A stretch of 40,052 bases of DNA from Octopus bimaculoides (GCF_001194135.2 NC_068984.1:113605780-113645831), one strand, 5' to 3'. Shown: positions 12,749-24,768, counted from the stretch's first letter. The notes: generated by a model not told the origin, from the letters alone. A program made the numbers and translations.

Positions 12749-12978
12749 NNNNNNNNNNNNNNNNNNNNNNNNNNNNNNNNNNNNNNNNNNNNNNNNNNNN
12801 NNNNNNNNNNNNNNNNNNNNNNNNNNNNNNNNNNNNNNNNNNNNNNNNNNNNNNNNNNNNNNNNNNNNNNNNNNNNNNNNNNNNNNNNNNNNNNNNNNNN
12901 NNNNNNNNNNNNNNNNNNNNNNNNNNNNNNNNNNNNNNNNNNNNNNNNNNNNNNNNNNNNNNNNNNNNNNNNNNNNNN

Positions 12979-13014
<36 letters not shown>

Positions 13015-13048
13015 ATATGTCTATAAGTATAAAAAAGTGTAATATGTA

Positions 13049-13083
<35 letters not shown>

Positions 13084-13369
13084 GTATATGTATATATATA
13101 TGTGTGTGTGTGATTGTGTATGTGTGTGTGTGTGCGTGTACAGACACATTCATATTCATTTTTTATACTCGATAGGAAAATATACATAAATATATAGATA
13201 GATACACATATATGCATTTGTATACGAATATCTACAGGAATACATACGTATGTGTATGTATGTTTCATTGTATATGTATTTATATATATAAAGAATAATT
13301 GTCCACTTCAGTCATGAATGAGAATCGCATTGCAGAATTGCATCTAGAAACTTCCCCTCCGCAGCACAA

Positions 13370-13632
13370 GTCCGGGCAAACTTGTTTATGGAAAACCAAC
13401 AGTCGCCTCTGCATACCAACCTTCTCTTTCCATGTCACCGATGTTATCCATGGGAAAGGCAAAGGCTGATACAGCTTGGTACCAGTGACGTCGCAATTCC
13501 TTTCTACAGATGAACGAACTGGAGCAACATGAAATAAAGTGTCTTGCTCAAGAACACGACATACATCCCGGTCCGTGAATCAAAATCACTACCTCTTGAT
13601 TGTAAGCCGGACTCTCTAACCGCTAAGGCTCA
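13370..13632 (-). mobile_element. tRNA-derived SINE
   Basis: The minus-strand head has CCTTAGCGGTTAG (A-box) and TTTGATTCACGGACC (B-box-like), then TTCTTGAGCAAGACACTTTATTTCA, a core shared with the copies at 9946 and 38255. Confidence 0.75.
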
Positions 13633-13896
13633 GCAAAGCGCGTATGACTTGATAGCATGTATCATGCTTTCGCTAATTGTCTTGTGTGATCATGTAGTAA
13701 TGAGTAAACACAAACCTCTCATGCCTTCCCGACCCTTCCTTCAGTGAAACAACCAATATGTGACAACTGGACGCACAGGATACACCAGCATTAACTTAGG
13801 TGTCATTTTCCTGCTGAGTAGACTAGGGCAAGAACGCAACATATACATACATATATGAATACATACACATTTATTATATATCTATATATATGTATA

Positions 13897-14738
13897 TATA
13901 CCCAAAAGAAACCGGAATTTTGCAATACTATTTTATTGACTTAGATTTACATGTTTACACATTTATCGTCTTCAAAGTATTCTCCATTTGAAGTAATGCA
14001 TCGGTCCAGACGCGTTTTCCACTGCTTAAGAACTCTTGCGAAGTGATGCTTTTTAATACCTCCGTCTATTTTTTTCCTCACCCCTTTCACATCTGTAAAT
14101 TCCGTAGCACCAGCTTTCGTCACCAGTGATGAGCTTCCAAAAAAGGTCCGGATCAACTTTCAACTGTTCATTCAGTTCACGACATGCATTGAGTCGTGAC
14201 TGCTTTTGATCTTCCATCATCAAGCGAGGCACAAATTTTGCTGCAACTATTTTCCTCGCTCAACTCCGCTCAAAATTCGTTGGCAGCAGCTCCCGGACAC
14301 ACCAGTCATATCAACAAGTTCGTCAATTGTTCGGTGACGGTTTCTCCAAGATCGGTTCTTGAACTTTTTATGATGTTTTCATTCGTTCGGGTGTTCTACG
14401 GTCACCCTGAACGAGGTTGGTCTTCAAGCGACATTTAACCATTCCTAAAGCGTGAAAACCATTTCCAAGCTTGAAAAGACGTTTTCCCCATCGGAAAACA
14501 GAATTTCAAGGAAGGAAGCATGCTCTTCCTTCGCTTCAGCCATCGTAAAAGTCGACGAACAGGGCAGAAGCACTGCAAAACAAAGGCGCAGCGCGGGACA
14601 GTATGACCACAACCGACCACGCCAGTCGGCAGACTGATGCCTGAGCGTTGCATCAAGTGGCTTCTAGCGGCGTAAGCCTGAACTGCAATGGGTTAGTCCC
14701 ACGGCGAACGTTTTTGCTTACTTTTGGGTATATCCTCG
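13897..14738 (-). mobile_element. mariner deletion derivative, near complete, same family as 10199
   Basis: TIRs are TACGAGGATATACCCAAAAGTAAGC and (outer bases lost) TATACCCAAAAGAAACC. The translation has SLEDQPRSG, AAKFVPRL, ITGDESWCYG fused to EFTDVK, and KQWKTRLDRCITSNGEYFE. Confidence 0.9.
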
Positions 14739-14784
14739 TACATATACACATAGACATCATATAAGAGTATACATACACACACGC

Positions 14785-14820
<36 letters not shown>

Positions 14821-15058
14821 CGGATATATGTATGTGAAGTCTGTGTATCGAAAGACAAGCAAAAAGCTTTTAAAATGTGTTTAATAATTTAAAAATAGAA
14901 GTATGAACAGTACGTATTAGATATACATACACATTCATTTGTCCGCTCCCTCCCCAACGCACATATATATTCAAAGAAAGGCTTATAGTTTTAATATTAT
15001 ATAAATAAATATAAGTATATTGATGAACAGAATGATAAACAAAGCTAGATAAGTGAAG

Positions 15059-15147
15059 GCGCACTAAGCAGTATTCAATGAAATGTATACCAAGATATCA
15101 AACAAAACTGTTCATAACTATACTTCATTCAAAACTGCTTAGTGCAC
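15059..15147. repeat. small imperfect inverted repeat (~30-bp arms)
   Basis: GCACTAAGCAGTATTCAATGAAATGTATA at left pairs with TATACTTCATTCAAAACTGCTTAGTGC at right. The outer 12 bp are perfect. Confidence 0.65.
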
Positions 15148-15714
15148 ATCTAATTACAGGTTCACAAAGCCTTTTGCTCAACCGCAATGGTATCATCTGC
15201 TATTCCAATATAAAGACAACAAGCTCTTGGTGGCCATGAACAGCTGTTTGGTATACGTAACTGATGAAGTGTAACGATGCAGAAATGCATGTATCTTTCG
15301 TTCCGATGACGTTATTCATGGCCTAGTGACGTGTTTACACACCCATATTTTAAATAAAGAGAATTTCTTTTTCTTCAGACAACTTATGTAGCGTATTTTC
15401 TTTCCGTGTACGAATATATACGAACGTATTAAATAAGGCTGTAGGTAACTATATTAACGAAAAATGTTAAATATCAGAGGTATCATCGAAATATATCTCG
15501 AAATGAGATAAGAAAACCTCATTATTTCAGAAAATGGAAACGTATTACATAATATAATTTACTGAGATTAAAATTGTAAAATGAAGTTGTGAGTCTTTAT
15601 GCAAGTTATTAAATATCAAAATATTTTAATATAGTATAGATCTAAGTTGTGGAATATTAAAATTCGCGTTACAGGTTAGAGCAAAAAACGTTAGTTATAC
15701 ATAATAAATAAGGC

Positions 15715-16822
15715 TTCCCTTTTGTGCATCAGGTACTTGGTTGATATTTCCTGGTCCTGGATTGCAGACGCATAGGTTTCAAAGTGGGAGTCAGTAATCC
15801 GGTCGTTGTTTCATGATGGACTGCTTTGACGATCAATGTTACTCTCATCTCGGAGCTTTCTATTAAAATATCCATGCATAGTCTTTTGCTCATATATGCT
15901 CATCCTTTCATATGATATGTTGCAGTAGAGTCGTGCGAATTTTTTGGACATGTATTTATGGTTATCAGACAAGGAATATTGCTCAAGGAGCTGCCTTACA
16001 AGTCTTATGATGTTATCAGCCTCATGTACGCAAACTTAGTCAAGTGATGCACTTCAACACTTAATGGTTAAAAGATATTGCCGAAGGAATATACTACGAT
16101 ATTCAAAGGCATTTTGGATCGATGTAAAGCCACCTTGGTTTCGTTTTAGTTTGAAGCGGTCTACGTCACTGTTTATGTGGAAATTATGTGTGCTTGGTAG
16201 TATTTTTCGGGTTTTCACATCAATGGCTCAGATCTTATCAAGAGCCCAATCAAGGAGACTTAATGTTATTAAAACACTGCAAAGACTTTGTGGATTATTG
16301 TTTTATTGAATGCAGAGAGTTCTGAGGTCTAAATTTTCTTTATTCGGCGGTAATATTCTTTAGTCGCACGTGTTTTTTTACAAGTGTCATTGTAAGATAT
16401 GTTTTCATCCACCCCTAGATATTTGTAACATTTCTCGTCAAGTCATTGATGGAGATATTGCTAGTCTGGCTTAGTTTTCCCCCTATTCACAACCATATAA
16501 CAACATTTATCCTGACCAAACTCCAACCTACATCCTTTGAGAATGTTGTAACTAAGTAAAGGCTCTTTTTCATCTCGTGCCTATTCTTAGCACAAAGTTT
16601 CAACTTATCCACAAAGTAACAGTCTGTAATTGTGGTATTTTTGTTTCCTTGTGAACCAGTGAGATATCCTTCAGATTTCCTTAACATGAACGACAAAGGA
16701 GTTTACAGAAAGTATAAACAACATCACAGAGCGGTTGTCCCCTTGGAATATGCCTTTGCGATTCTGTATACCATCAGTGACAATACAGTCACTTGTGTTT
16801 AATTTCAAGATGGTGGCCCAAG
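15715..16822 (-). mobile_element. R4/Dong-type (RLE) LINE, degenerate reverse transcriptase and post-RT region
   Basis: GIFQGDNRSVMLFILSVN (cf. GIFQGDSLSPLLF), YFVDKLKLCAKN (cf. YMDDLKLYAK), LVTTFSKDVG, a YKYLGVDEN motif and a SHFETYASAIQDQEI-like segment. Many stops and frameshifts. Confidence 0.85.
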
Positions 16823-17384
16823 ATGTATGTATGTATGTATGTATGAATGTATGTATGTGTGAATGAATGTATGTATGAATGCATGCATGTATGTAAAGTA
16901 ATTTATAATTAAATCTACTATCGTTCGAAACATTATTATAATATGGGGCGTATTCTTTCAATATGTTTACATTAACAGATATAATCGGTCTTTACAATTA
17001 ACCGATGTAATAGAGATTCCTGATAATGCTTCTAGGATAATTGAGTAGTTATTTATTTTAAAACTGGTTAGTTTATGATAGATATATTATTTCATAATAA
17101 TTACTTTCATTAATATTTCATTTTTGCCTACAATTACATGTTATCACCGTTTAGATAAATACCTTTATATAAAATTTCTAAAATCTTTCATTTAATATTT
17201 TATTCTTATGTTTATTTTATCGGCTTTATCCAATTTAAAATGAATATTGTATTTTAAGGATTTCCTACCATTAATTTGAATTAATATTAATTTACTCGTG
17301 TGTGTAAAAGTTTTTTTCAACATCCCATAATACACAGATCCTTTATAACCTTATCTGATCGTGCTTTTAATAACTAAATTTGAA

Positions 17385-17599
<215 letters not shown>

Positions 17600-17671
17600 T
17601 TAGAAAATTAGAAGATTCTGATATTTTGATTTAAGGCTACATTTTGTTGTGTATATATATATATATATATA

Positions 17672-18919
17672 CAGGGTTTGGACAAAATAATGGAAACACC
17701 TTAAAATTTGAAACAAATTTATTTTAATATGAGGTAGGACCGCCTTTGGCAGTGATTACAGCTTCAATTCTACGAGGTATGAACTCCTACAATGTTTGAA
17801 TTGTTTCCAAAGGAATTTTTGTCTATTCTTCAGCTAAAATAGTCTCCAGTTTTTGTAGTGATGATGGTGGAGGATATCGACTCCTTACTTGATTTTCTAA
17901 AATGCACCATAAATGTTCAATAACATTGAGATCTGGGGACTGTGGTGGCCAGATAAGATGTTCAACTTCACTAGAATGTTCCTCGTGCCATTCAGTAACA
18001 ATTTTAGCTGTGTGAATTGGTGCATTATCATCCTGGAAGATTGCGTTTCCCTCCGGAAACAGTTCCGCAACCATAGAATGAATTTGATCAGCTAAAATGC
18101 TAAAATAGTCTTGACTATTAATTCTGCCACGAAGGGAAACCATTGGACTGGTGGATTTCCAAAATGTGGCACCCCAGATCATCACAGATCCTCCTCCATG
18201 TTTAATACTTGGAAGAAGGCAGCCTGGGTCAAATGCTTCTTTAGGCTGTCTCAACACGTATGGCCAGTGGTCGGAAATAATGTAAAGGATTACTCGTCCG
18301 AGAAAATAATTCCACTGTTCTAGGGACCAATTCTGAAGGTTTTTACTCCACTTTAAACGCTTTGGAACGTTTGTTTTTGAAAGTAGTGGTTTCCTGATTG
18401 CAGCCCTCCCGTGAAATCCGGCTTTGTGTCGCTCCCGGCGACCAGTTTTTGTGGAAACTGGGATCTCGTGGTGGTCATTAAGCTCTGCAGTAATTTAGGG
18501 AGCTGTACTTTTGTGAAACTTTCTAACAATTCACGTAAGAGTCCGACGGTCCCTATCTGAATGTTTTGGTTTTCTTCCGGAGTTTTGATTCGACGAGAAG
18601 GTTTTTCCCTCTTTCTCAAAGGCTGTCACTACTTTTGAGACAGTGCTTCTTGATACACCAAACATATTGGCTGTTTTCGTTACGCTAGTGCCTGCCATAC
18701 GAGCACCAACAATTTGACCGCATTGAAAGTCCGATAGACCTGTCATTTTAATGAATTTTAATTACTTTTTTCTGATGATATCTAAAAGGAAACAGCAATT
18801 TTAGTAAAACATATTAAGCAACACTAAATCAAAAAAATCTAAAGAAAAACAAGCTTTTGACGGTTTTATAGATATTTCCAAATTATTATGCTATTAGTTT
18901 CTATTATTTTGTTCAGCCC

Positions 18920-18922
<3 letters not shown>
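17672..18922 (-). mobile_element. full-length Tc1-like transposon (1251 bp) with DD36E spacing; transposase disrupted
   Basis: 26-bp TIRs CAGGGTTTGGACAAAATAATGGAAAC / GTTTCTATTATTTTGTTCAGCCCCTG, set in TA runs. The transposase starts at ATG 18746 (MTGLSDFQCGQIVGARMAG), with FSDE*, KHGGGSVMIWG and FQDDNAPIH...WPPQSPDLNVIEHLW. Confidence 0.95.
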
Positions 18923-18960
<38 letters not shown>

Positions 18961-18963
<3 letters not shown>

Positions 18964-19122
18964 GATGGGCTTTTCAGTTTCCGTATACCAAATCCACTCA
19001 CAAGGCTTTGGTCAGCCCGAGCTTATAGAAGACACTTGCCCAAGATGCCACGCAGTGGGACTGAACCCTAAGATATGTTGTTGGGAAGCATGCTTCTTGC
19101 TACACAGCCACGCCTGCGCCTA
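18961..19122 (-). mobile_element. tRNA-derived SINE, 5' half
   Basis: The head GGCGCAGGCGTGGCTGTGTAG has B-box GGTTCAGTCCC and ends GGAAACTGAAAAGCCCATCGTA followed by (TA)n. It is the same family as 1-275. Confidence 0.85.
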
Positions 19123-19151
19123 TAAAAGGAAGAAAAAACCCTTTAACGTAT

Positions 19152-19235
19152 TGTCAGGAGTAAGATTCGGATCCACATTGGTAAGACCCAACTGCGCCCT
19201 CAACGTAGCACCTTAGAACGCTCGGGCATCCTGAC
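19152..19235 (-). pseudogene. tRNA-Leu-like gene, probably a pseudogene, apparent anticodon GAG
   Basis: GTCAGGA TG CCC GAGCGTTCTAA GGT G CTACG TTGAGGG CGCAG T TGGGTCTTACCA AT GTGGA TCCGAAT CTTAC TCCTGAC A. The 7-bp acceptor stem is perfect, with discriminator A, a long variable arm and T6 about 13 nt downstream. There are mismatches in the D, anticodon and T arms. Confidence 0.8.
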
Positions 19236-19598
19236 TACTGCATTATTCATTTTAGCAGTATGGATTTACGTCAAATTTAATAAATCATATTGAAAATAAC
19301 ATAGAATTTACAATTTTTAAATGATATTGCCATAAAAATTTATAGGCTTACTACGCATTAATAAATTTAGACATGCTAAAAACTAAAAAGATTGATATAT
19401 TATAATTATGTGATACTCTAATATACGTGTGGTGTTTGTTTTGTTTTATGTACGTATTCTCATACATATAGTTGCATATCTAGACTTGCTCACATATACT
19501 TAAATGATAAATTTCTATAAAGTTTTACAGATTTTTAAAGTTTCAGTGATGACTTGGATCTATAGTCTAATGTGGTTTGGGCTTTTTGTGCATAAGTA

Positions 19599-20882
19599 CA
19601 GGACGGGATATAAAGATCTCCCGCACTTGGAGGAGGTAACGTATAGACTTAAGTAGAAGTAATGAGACGTGACAGGCTTCATTTGGAAAGCTAAGATCTA
19701 CCATTTTTGTATCCATCATTAATTATTCAAAAAAGTTCTTTCTTTTTTAGAACCCATCATGATTTGGGCCGGTGAACATCGTGGCTTTGTTGTTCAAGAA
19801 TTATTATGAAAATGACCGATCTGTAATAGCGACGTAACGAGCGTTCCGTAGATATTTTGCGATCGGTCGAAATTCATCTGTGCCAGACCGAAAAACGATT
19901 TTGCTTGATATTTCTAACCTTCATGCAACTGGATCCACATTGAAAAGAAAATCTCCTAGCAGACTTAGAACTCCAGAAAACGCGGCATTCGTGACAGCAT
20001 TAGGAATATCTATCCGAAGTTTGAGGAGGGTTCTGCATGCTGATTTGAAACTGCAGCCTTACAAAATGATGTTAGTTCAAGAATTAACCGAGACAGATCA
20101 TAACACTCGTAAGCCCCTATGTGTGGATATTCTTGCACAAGTTCTCGCTGCAGCTGTTCTTCTGAGTACCGATGAGGCTCACTGCCATATCAATCGAAAC
20201 GTAAATATGCAGAATTTTCGCTACTGGGCTGAACATAATCCTCATGAACTCCACGAAAGATCGCTCATATAACTGTTTGATGTGCAGTTGCCGATTTTGG
20301 AGTCGTCGGACCGTACTTTTTTGAAGAAGCTGATGAAACAGTAACGGTTACCTCTGGCCGTTACACTGAAATGCTGGAGAACTTTATGCGCCCTAAACTG
20401 GATGGGTTGGATACCAAACATCTATGGTTTCAACAGGACGGAGCCAGGTCCCACACAGAACGACATTCGCTTGGAGTGTCGACCGAAATGTTTCCAGGGC
20501 ATTTGATTTCTTTGAGGGGTAACGTGAGTGGCTGGCAAAGTCACCAGATTTAACCCTTGTAACTTTTTCCTTTGGGGATATATAAAGGAAAACATTTTAC
20601 GACATGGTCCTCGAACTCTTTGAGGATTTGAAAGAAATGATTCGTGAGGAAATCAATGCAATACCACCTGAGATGACTCGGAGAGTCATTGACAACTTCC
20701 AGGAATGACTGCATCAATGTATTGCCAACAACGGCAGCCATTTGCTTAATATAGTTTTTAAAATGCAGTACAATAAATTGTATTTTATGTACTTTTCATT
20801 AACTTCATAAATTTTCTCCTGGATTGTTGCATTCTCTTTTTATATTCATTCACAACGTGAGAGAGCTTAATATCTCACCCAA
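19599..20882 (+). mobile_element. DD41D (rosa/Visitor-type) Tc1/mariner transposon, degenerate
   Basis: MIWAGEHRGFVV, LSTDEAHCHINRNVNMQNFRYWAEHNP, GPYFFEE and WFQQDGARSHT...EMFPGHLISLRG..W..SPDLTPC(N). Degenerate TIRs are flanked by TA. Confidence 0.85.
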
Positions 20883-22419
20883 TATAGGGAGATATTGTCA
20901 GATGTTTTGGATCATAGAATTCTTGATCATGGTTGATCCTAGGTTCAATAATGCCAACAATGCTTTTTGCAGATTGAAACCTGAGATATTAATAGGATGG
21001 TATGTATAAATAATACAGAATAGATTTTTTAACGTTAAAATGTGTAAGATGTGGGATATATGAGAAGAAAAATCGCTTTTCATCTGTGTTATTGAGAAAA
21101 GTTTATGTAGAACATAACATTTTATGTAGAACGATTCCGCAAATAGAAAGCAGCCTGGCGTTGAAGCGTTCGGTTCAAAATAGAGGAATGGTTGTTAAGA
21201 GAGAAGCAAAAGTATGATTGCGAAATCGGTGAGTGTGCTAGTGTTAGGAGACGGTGCTTTTGCATATCTCAGCATTTTGAGAGTAACTGGGGATACTCAG
21301 CAATAGGCAAGACTTTGCCGTCCGTTAAGTACCACTGCTCATGTTACCCAGCTCCCGACTTTTAGAGTCTTTGACTGTCAGGCTGTCAATTTTCTCTTCA
21401 GACTTGATCTCTTTTTATTGAGCAACAGAAGATTATTTTACTGGACAGAGTGGAGTACTATCATCACTCGAATACCTATGACATGATCAAATATAATTTC
21501 ATTGGCCGTTATTTTGCTCACGTCGTTACTCAATCTGAAAGATCCTGTTTTTGTTTCTGAAAATAAACTGAGACAACAACGTTTTATGTTTAAATTAAAC
21601 GCTATACTACATACATTACATACGATAAATTATACGATCTACTCACGATATACTGTAACATTCAAACATTTTAGGATATAACATGTAGTAAAGACGTTAG
21701 AATATATAGGATAAACACAGCAGTATATAACCTTTATATATANNNNNNNNNNNNNNNNNNNNNNNNNNNNNNNNNNNNNNNNNTATATATATATATATAT
21801 ATATATATATCATAAAACATAACATTGACTTACAATACGAAAAAACCATTTACAAACATAACAGGTAGAACGATACAATTATTCAACCTTTTAACACGTA
21901 GTAATATAGTTTTCCATTACTGTAGTCAACTACATTGAAAAAAATTCAAGTTACAATATATTAGCAAATGGAATTTGAAGAATTCTGTCAAAATATATTG
22001 AAACAAACAACAAAGCAAATTTGTTTCTTTTCTCCAATTGTTAAAAATACTTATGATGTTCCTAAAATATATTTACGTAATTTTATTTGATGTTTAAATG
22101 AAAATTTGACAAGTGGAAAATGATGGTGAAAGACGGTGTTGGAAAGAAAGTTATTGTTGAGGATTGCAATGATGACAAGAAGGAGTGGGAGAAAAAGTAG
22201 GAGGTGGAGGCGAGGGGAAGAAGACGAAGATGGGATACGGCATTGACAAAGGGAGTGGTAATTGTATTGACTTTACTAATTTTGTTACAAGTGGTGGTTT
22301 CTCATAAGAATGCTTTTGTTGTTGGTTGTTGTTGCTGTTGCAACTGTATTTAATATATAATCTAAGCGGAATTTTACTTGTCATGATGATCTGCTGGTGA
22401 TTTCTTGTTACTGCGGCTG

Positions 22420-22560
22420 TAACTATTGTTGTTGTTGTTGTTTGCGGTGGTGGTAGTGGTAGTGGTGGTGGTGGTGGTAGTGGTGGTGGTGGTGGTGGTG
22501 GTGGTGGTGGTCATCATCGTCGTCACCATCAGCGGCGGCGGCAGCGGCAGCGGTGGTATT
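22420..22560. repeat. compound trinucleotide microsatellite (GTT/GGT/GTA/GGC)
   Basis: Read directly from the sequence. Confidence 0.9.
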
Positions 22561-23949
22561 ACTATGGCTGCTGGTTAACCACAGATCAAAGTATTGGTCG
22601 TGACGTTGGTAGCGAATTTGCTTTAGATACATGAATGACGACTTATATTAGTTTAGCAACAACATTTCAGTAAAACAAACTTGCAAAACCACTGGTCATG
22701 GCCTTTCTCTTACCTTTAGTAACCCATGTCAGTTTGTGTAAATATAAGAGATTTTGTATGATATAACACTGTTGACAATTTATCAAATACTGACTGCTGA
22801 GTGGGAAAGAATATTCAATGAATGACAAGACAGGGATTTAACTGCTGAAAAGATTTATTGAAGTAAACGCTGGAGAGTTTACTTAGCATTTGCGAAGAAG
22901 ACAGCTTATATATATAGAAAGATATTTGTCAGAATATAAAATATTACCGACTTGACTTGAATATCATCGCAACAGAATCTGAATGAGGTTTATCATCTAC
23001 GACAAAATTAAGGTCTAGCAAATTATTTTGCAAGTCGATCACTGGAAGATAAAAGTAATACAGTAGCACGGTTTTGTGATTGACCACCAACGTTTTTTAT
23101 CGTGTTTCCGTGTTTGCTTAACTTGCTTTGTATTTTTAACATAAACGTTACTAAGATCACTTTATATAAGGCATGCAATAAGTAGATATATGTCTGATAC
23201 TGGATGAATATATGAGCTGTCTGCTACATATGCATACTAGTTGTGTATGACAGATCGCTCTAAAAGAACTTGCTGAAGAAAGGCACAATTTGTTAACAGT
23301 TTAAAAACAATATGTCATTTTCTTCGTAGAAACGTTCATGCGATTGCTCAACAGATACATATGTTAACAGAGTTGATGAACATTTTCAATGCAGGAGATA
23401 AATTACCCGACGCTCAAAACCAACACCTTGATCTCATCAATTCGTCATACATGTTTAGGCTCCTGCCTCTTCATTGTAAGATAAAATATACGTGACCTTC
23501 TATTTAAAAACTTAGTGAAAAATATAAACCTGAATATGTATATGTATATATATATATATTGTTGTACTTGGCGATGGTCATATTGCCAGTTTAGCCAATA
23601 AAAACACACGCACTGTATATTTGGTGTTAATTTGTTTCAGCTTTATATTACATTACATTAATCCTATTTCGGCCAGAGTTTTTTTTTATTGGCTAAACTG
23701 GCAATATGACCATCCGCAAGTACAACATCTGTTTCAACACACGATTTNNNNNNNNNNNNNNNNNNNNNNNNNNNNNNNNNNNNNNNNNNNNNNNNNNNNN
23801 NNNNNNNNNNNNNNNNNNNNNNNNNNNNNNNNNNNNNNNNNNNNNNNNNNNNNNNATATATATATATATATATACAGGGGTAATGTGTGTGTGTGCGTGT
23901 GTGTGTAAAGTAGTGGAAATCAAAACAATGATGTTTATATTCATTATTG

Positions 23950-24300
23950 TCTTTGAACTAACAATTTTTTTTCTTATTGCTCTAGCTTGATCACATAGTC
24001 TCTGTTCCGTGAGTTGAAACAATCTCTTTTCTCTCCAATGATCATACATACGTTGTCGATAACCCCTAATTTGAGCACCATTTTCATCTACCGGGTTGCT
24101 CAGGTAGTAACACTCCATGACCACAGCATTAATTTGCTTGCTCCATCTACGCCGTGTGTGGTGGTCCCTTTCTGGATATCGACAGGCCGGAACCGGACCA
24201 GAATCACTGAGCCTACCGGGTGTAACACTGTCAACACCATTGGCTTCAGTTTCATTACCACCGTTATTCACAAATATTTAGTTTTTTCATTGTCACTCAT
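23950..24300 (-). mobile_element. R4/Dong-type LINE, N-terminal fragment
   Basis: RRRWSKQINAVVMECYYLSNP...GYRQRMYDHWREKRLFQLTEQRLCDQARAIRK is the characteristic N-terminal block of R4/Dong-like ORFs. Confidence 0.8.
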
Positions 24301-24383
24301 ATGAGGTAGCGATGAGGTTGCGCAATTACTAGTGGTTTTATTGTGACACCATCACTAGATGTATCATTAATCAGTCCATGAGG

Positions 24384-24583
24384 AGGAGGAGGCTCCACCC
24401 GTTTCCTTTCATTATTATTATTATTATCATCACTGATATCAATGATATTATTGTTTTTATGTGTAGTAGCAGCAGTGGTTGCAGCAACAGCAACAGTAGC
24501 AGGTGTGGGGGTAGTGGTAAGGGTGGTAGTTGGTCCTCAGATTCCTGTGTTATCATAATAGTAGTAGTTGTAGTATTATTGTA
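24384..24583. repeat. degenerate trinucleotide tracts (GAG, ATT, AGC, GTA)
   Basis: Read directly from the sequence. Confidence 0.8.
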
Positions 24584-24768
24584 GATGGCTGTGGATGACT
24601 AAAAGTGATTTAAAACCGGAAACGGAGGCTCTAATCTGTGCTGCTCAAGAGCAAGCACTAAGAACAAACTACATAAAATACAGAATAGACAACACAGCAG
24701 AAAGTGCTAAGTGCAGAATTTGTGGACGAAACGGTGAAACCGTATGGCATATTACCAGACAAGTTGAC
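24584..24768 (+). mobile_element. R4/Dong-type LINE fragment with CCHC zinc knuckle
   Basis: WLWMTKSDLKPETEALICAAQEQALRTNYIKYRIDNTAESAKCRICGRNGETVWHI. Confidence 0.9.

Noticed and set aside
12680-13050. Duplicated ATCCGATATGTCTATAAGTATAAAAAAGTGTAATAT on both sides of a gap
   Set aside because: Identical sequence flanking an N-gap is most likely an unmerged contig overlap.
18775-18800. CTGATGA...GAAAC in the Tc1 5' region
   Set aside because: Stems I and II do not pair, so it is a chance core match.
21120-21240. Strong donor CG|GTGAGT after a possible MIAKS start
   Set aside because: No compatible downstream exon was found, and isolated splice-like sites are expected by chance in 40 kb.
21401-21486. 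RRLFYWTEWS peptide resembling an LDLR YWTD repeat
   Set aside because: It is a single short motif followed by an in-frame stop, with no usable donor and no neighbouring repeats.
22423-22632. ORF with poly-Ala/Asp/His/Gln resembling a transcription-factor low-complexity region
   Set aside because: It is a translated trinucleotide microsatellite with no domain or splice support, and similar tracts occur at 24384-24583.
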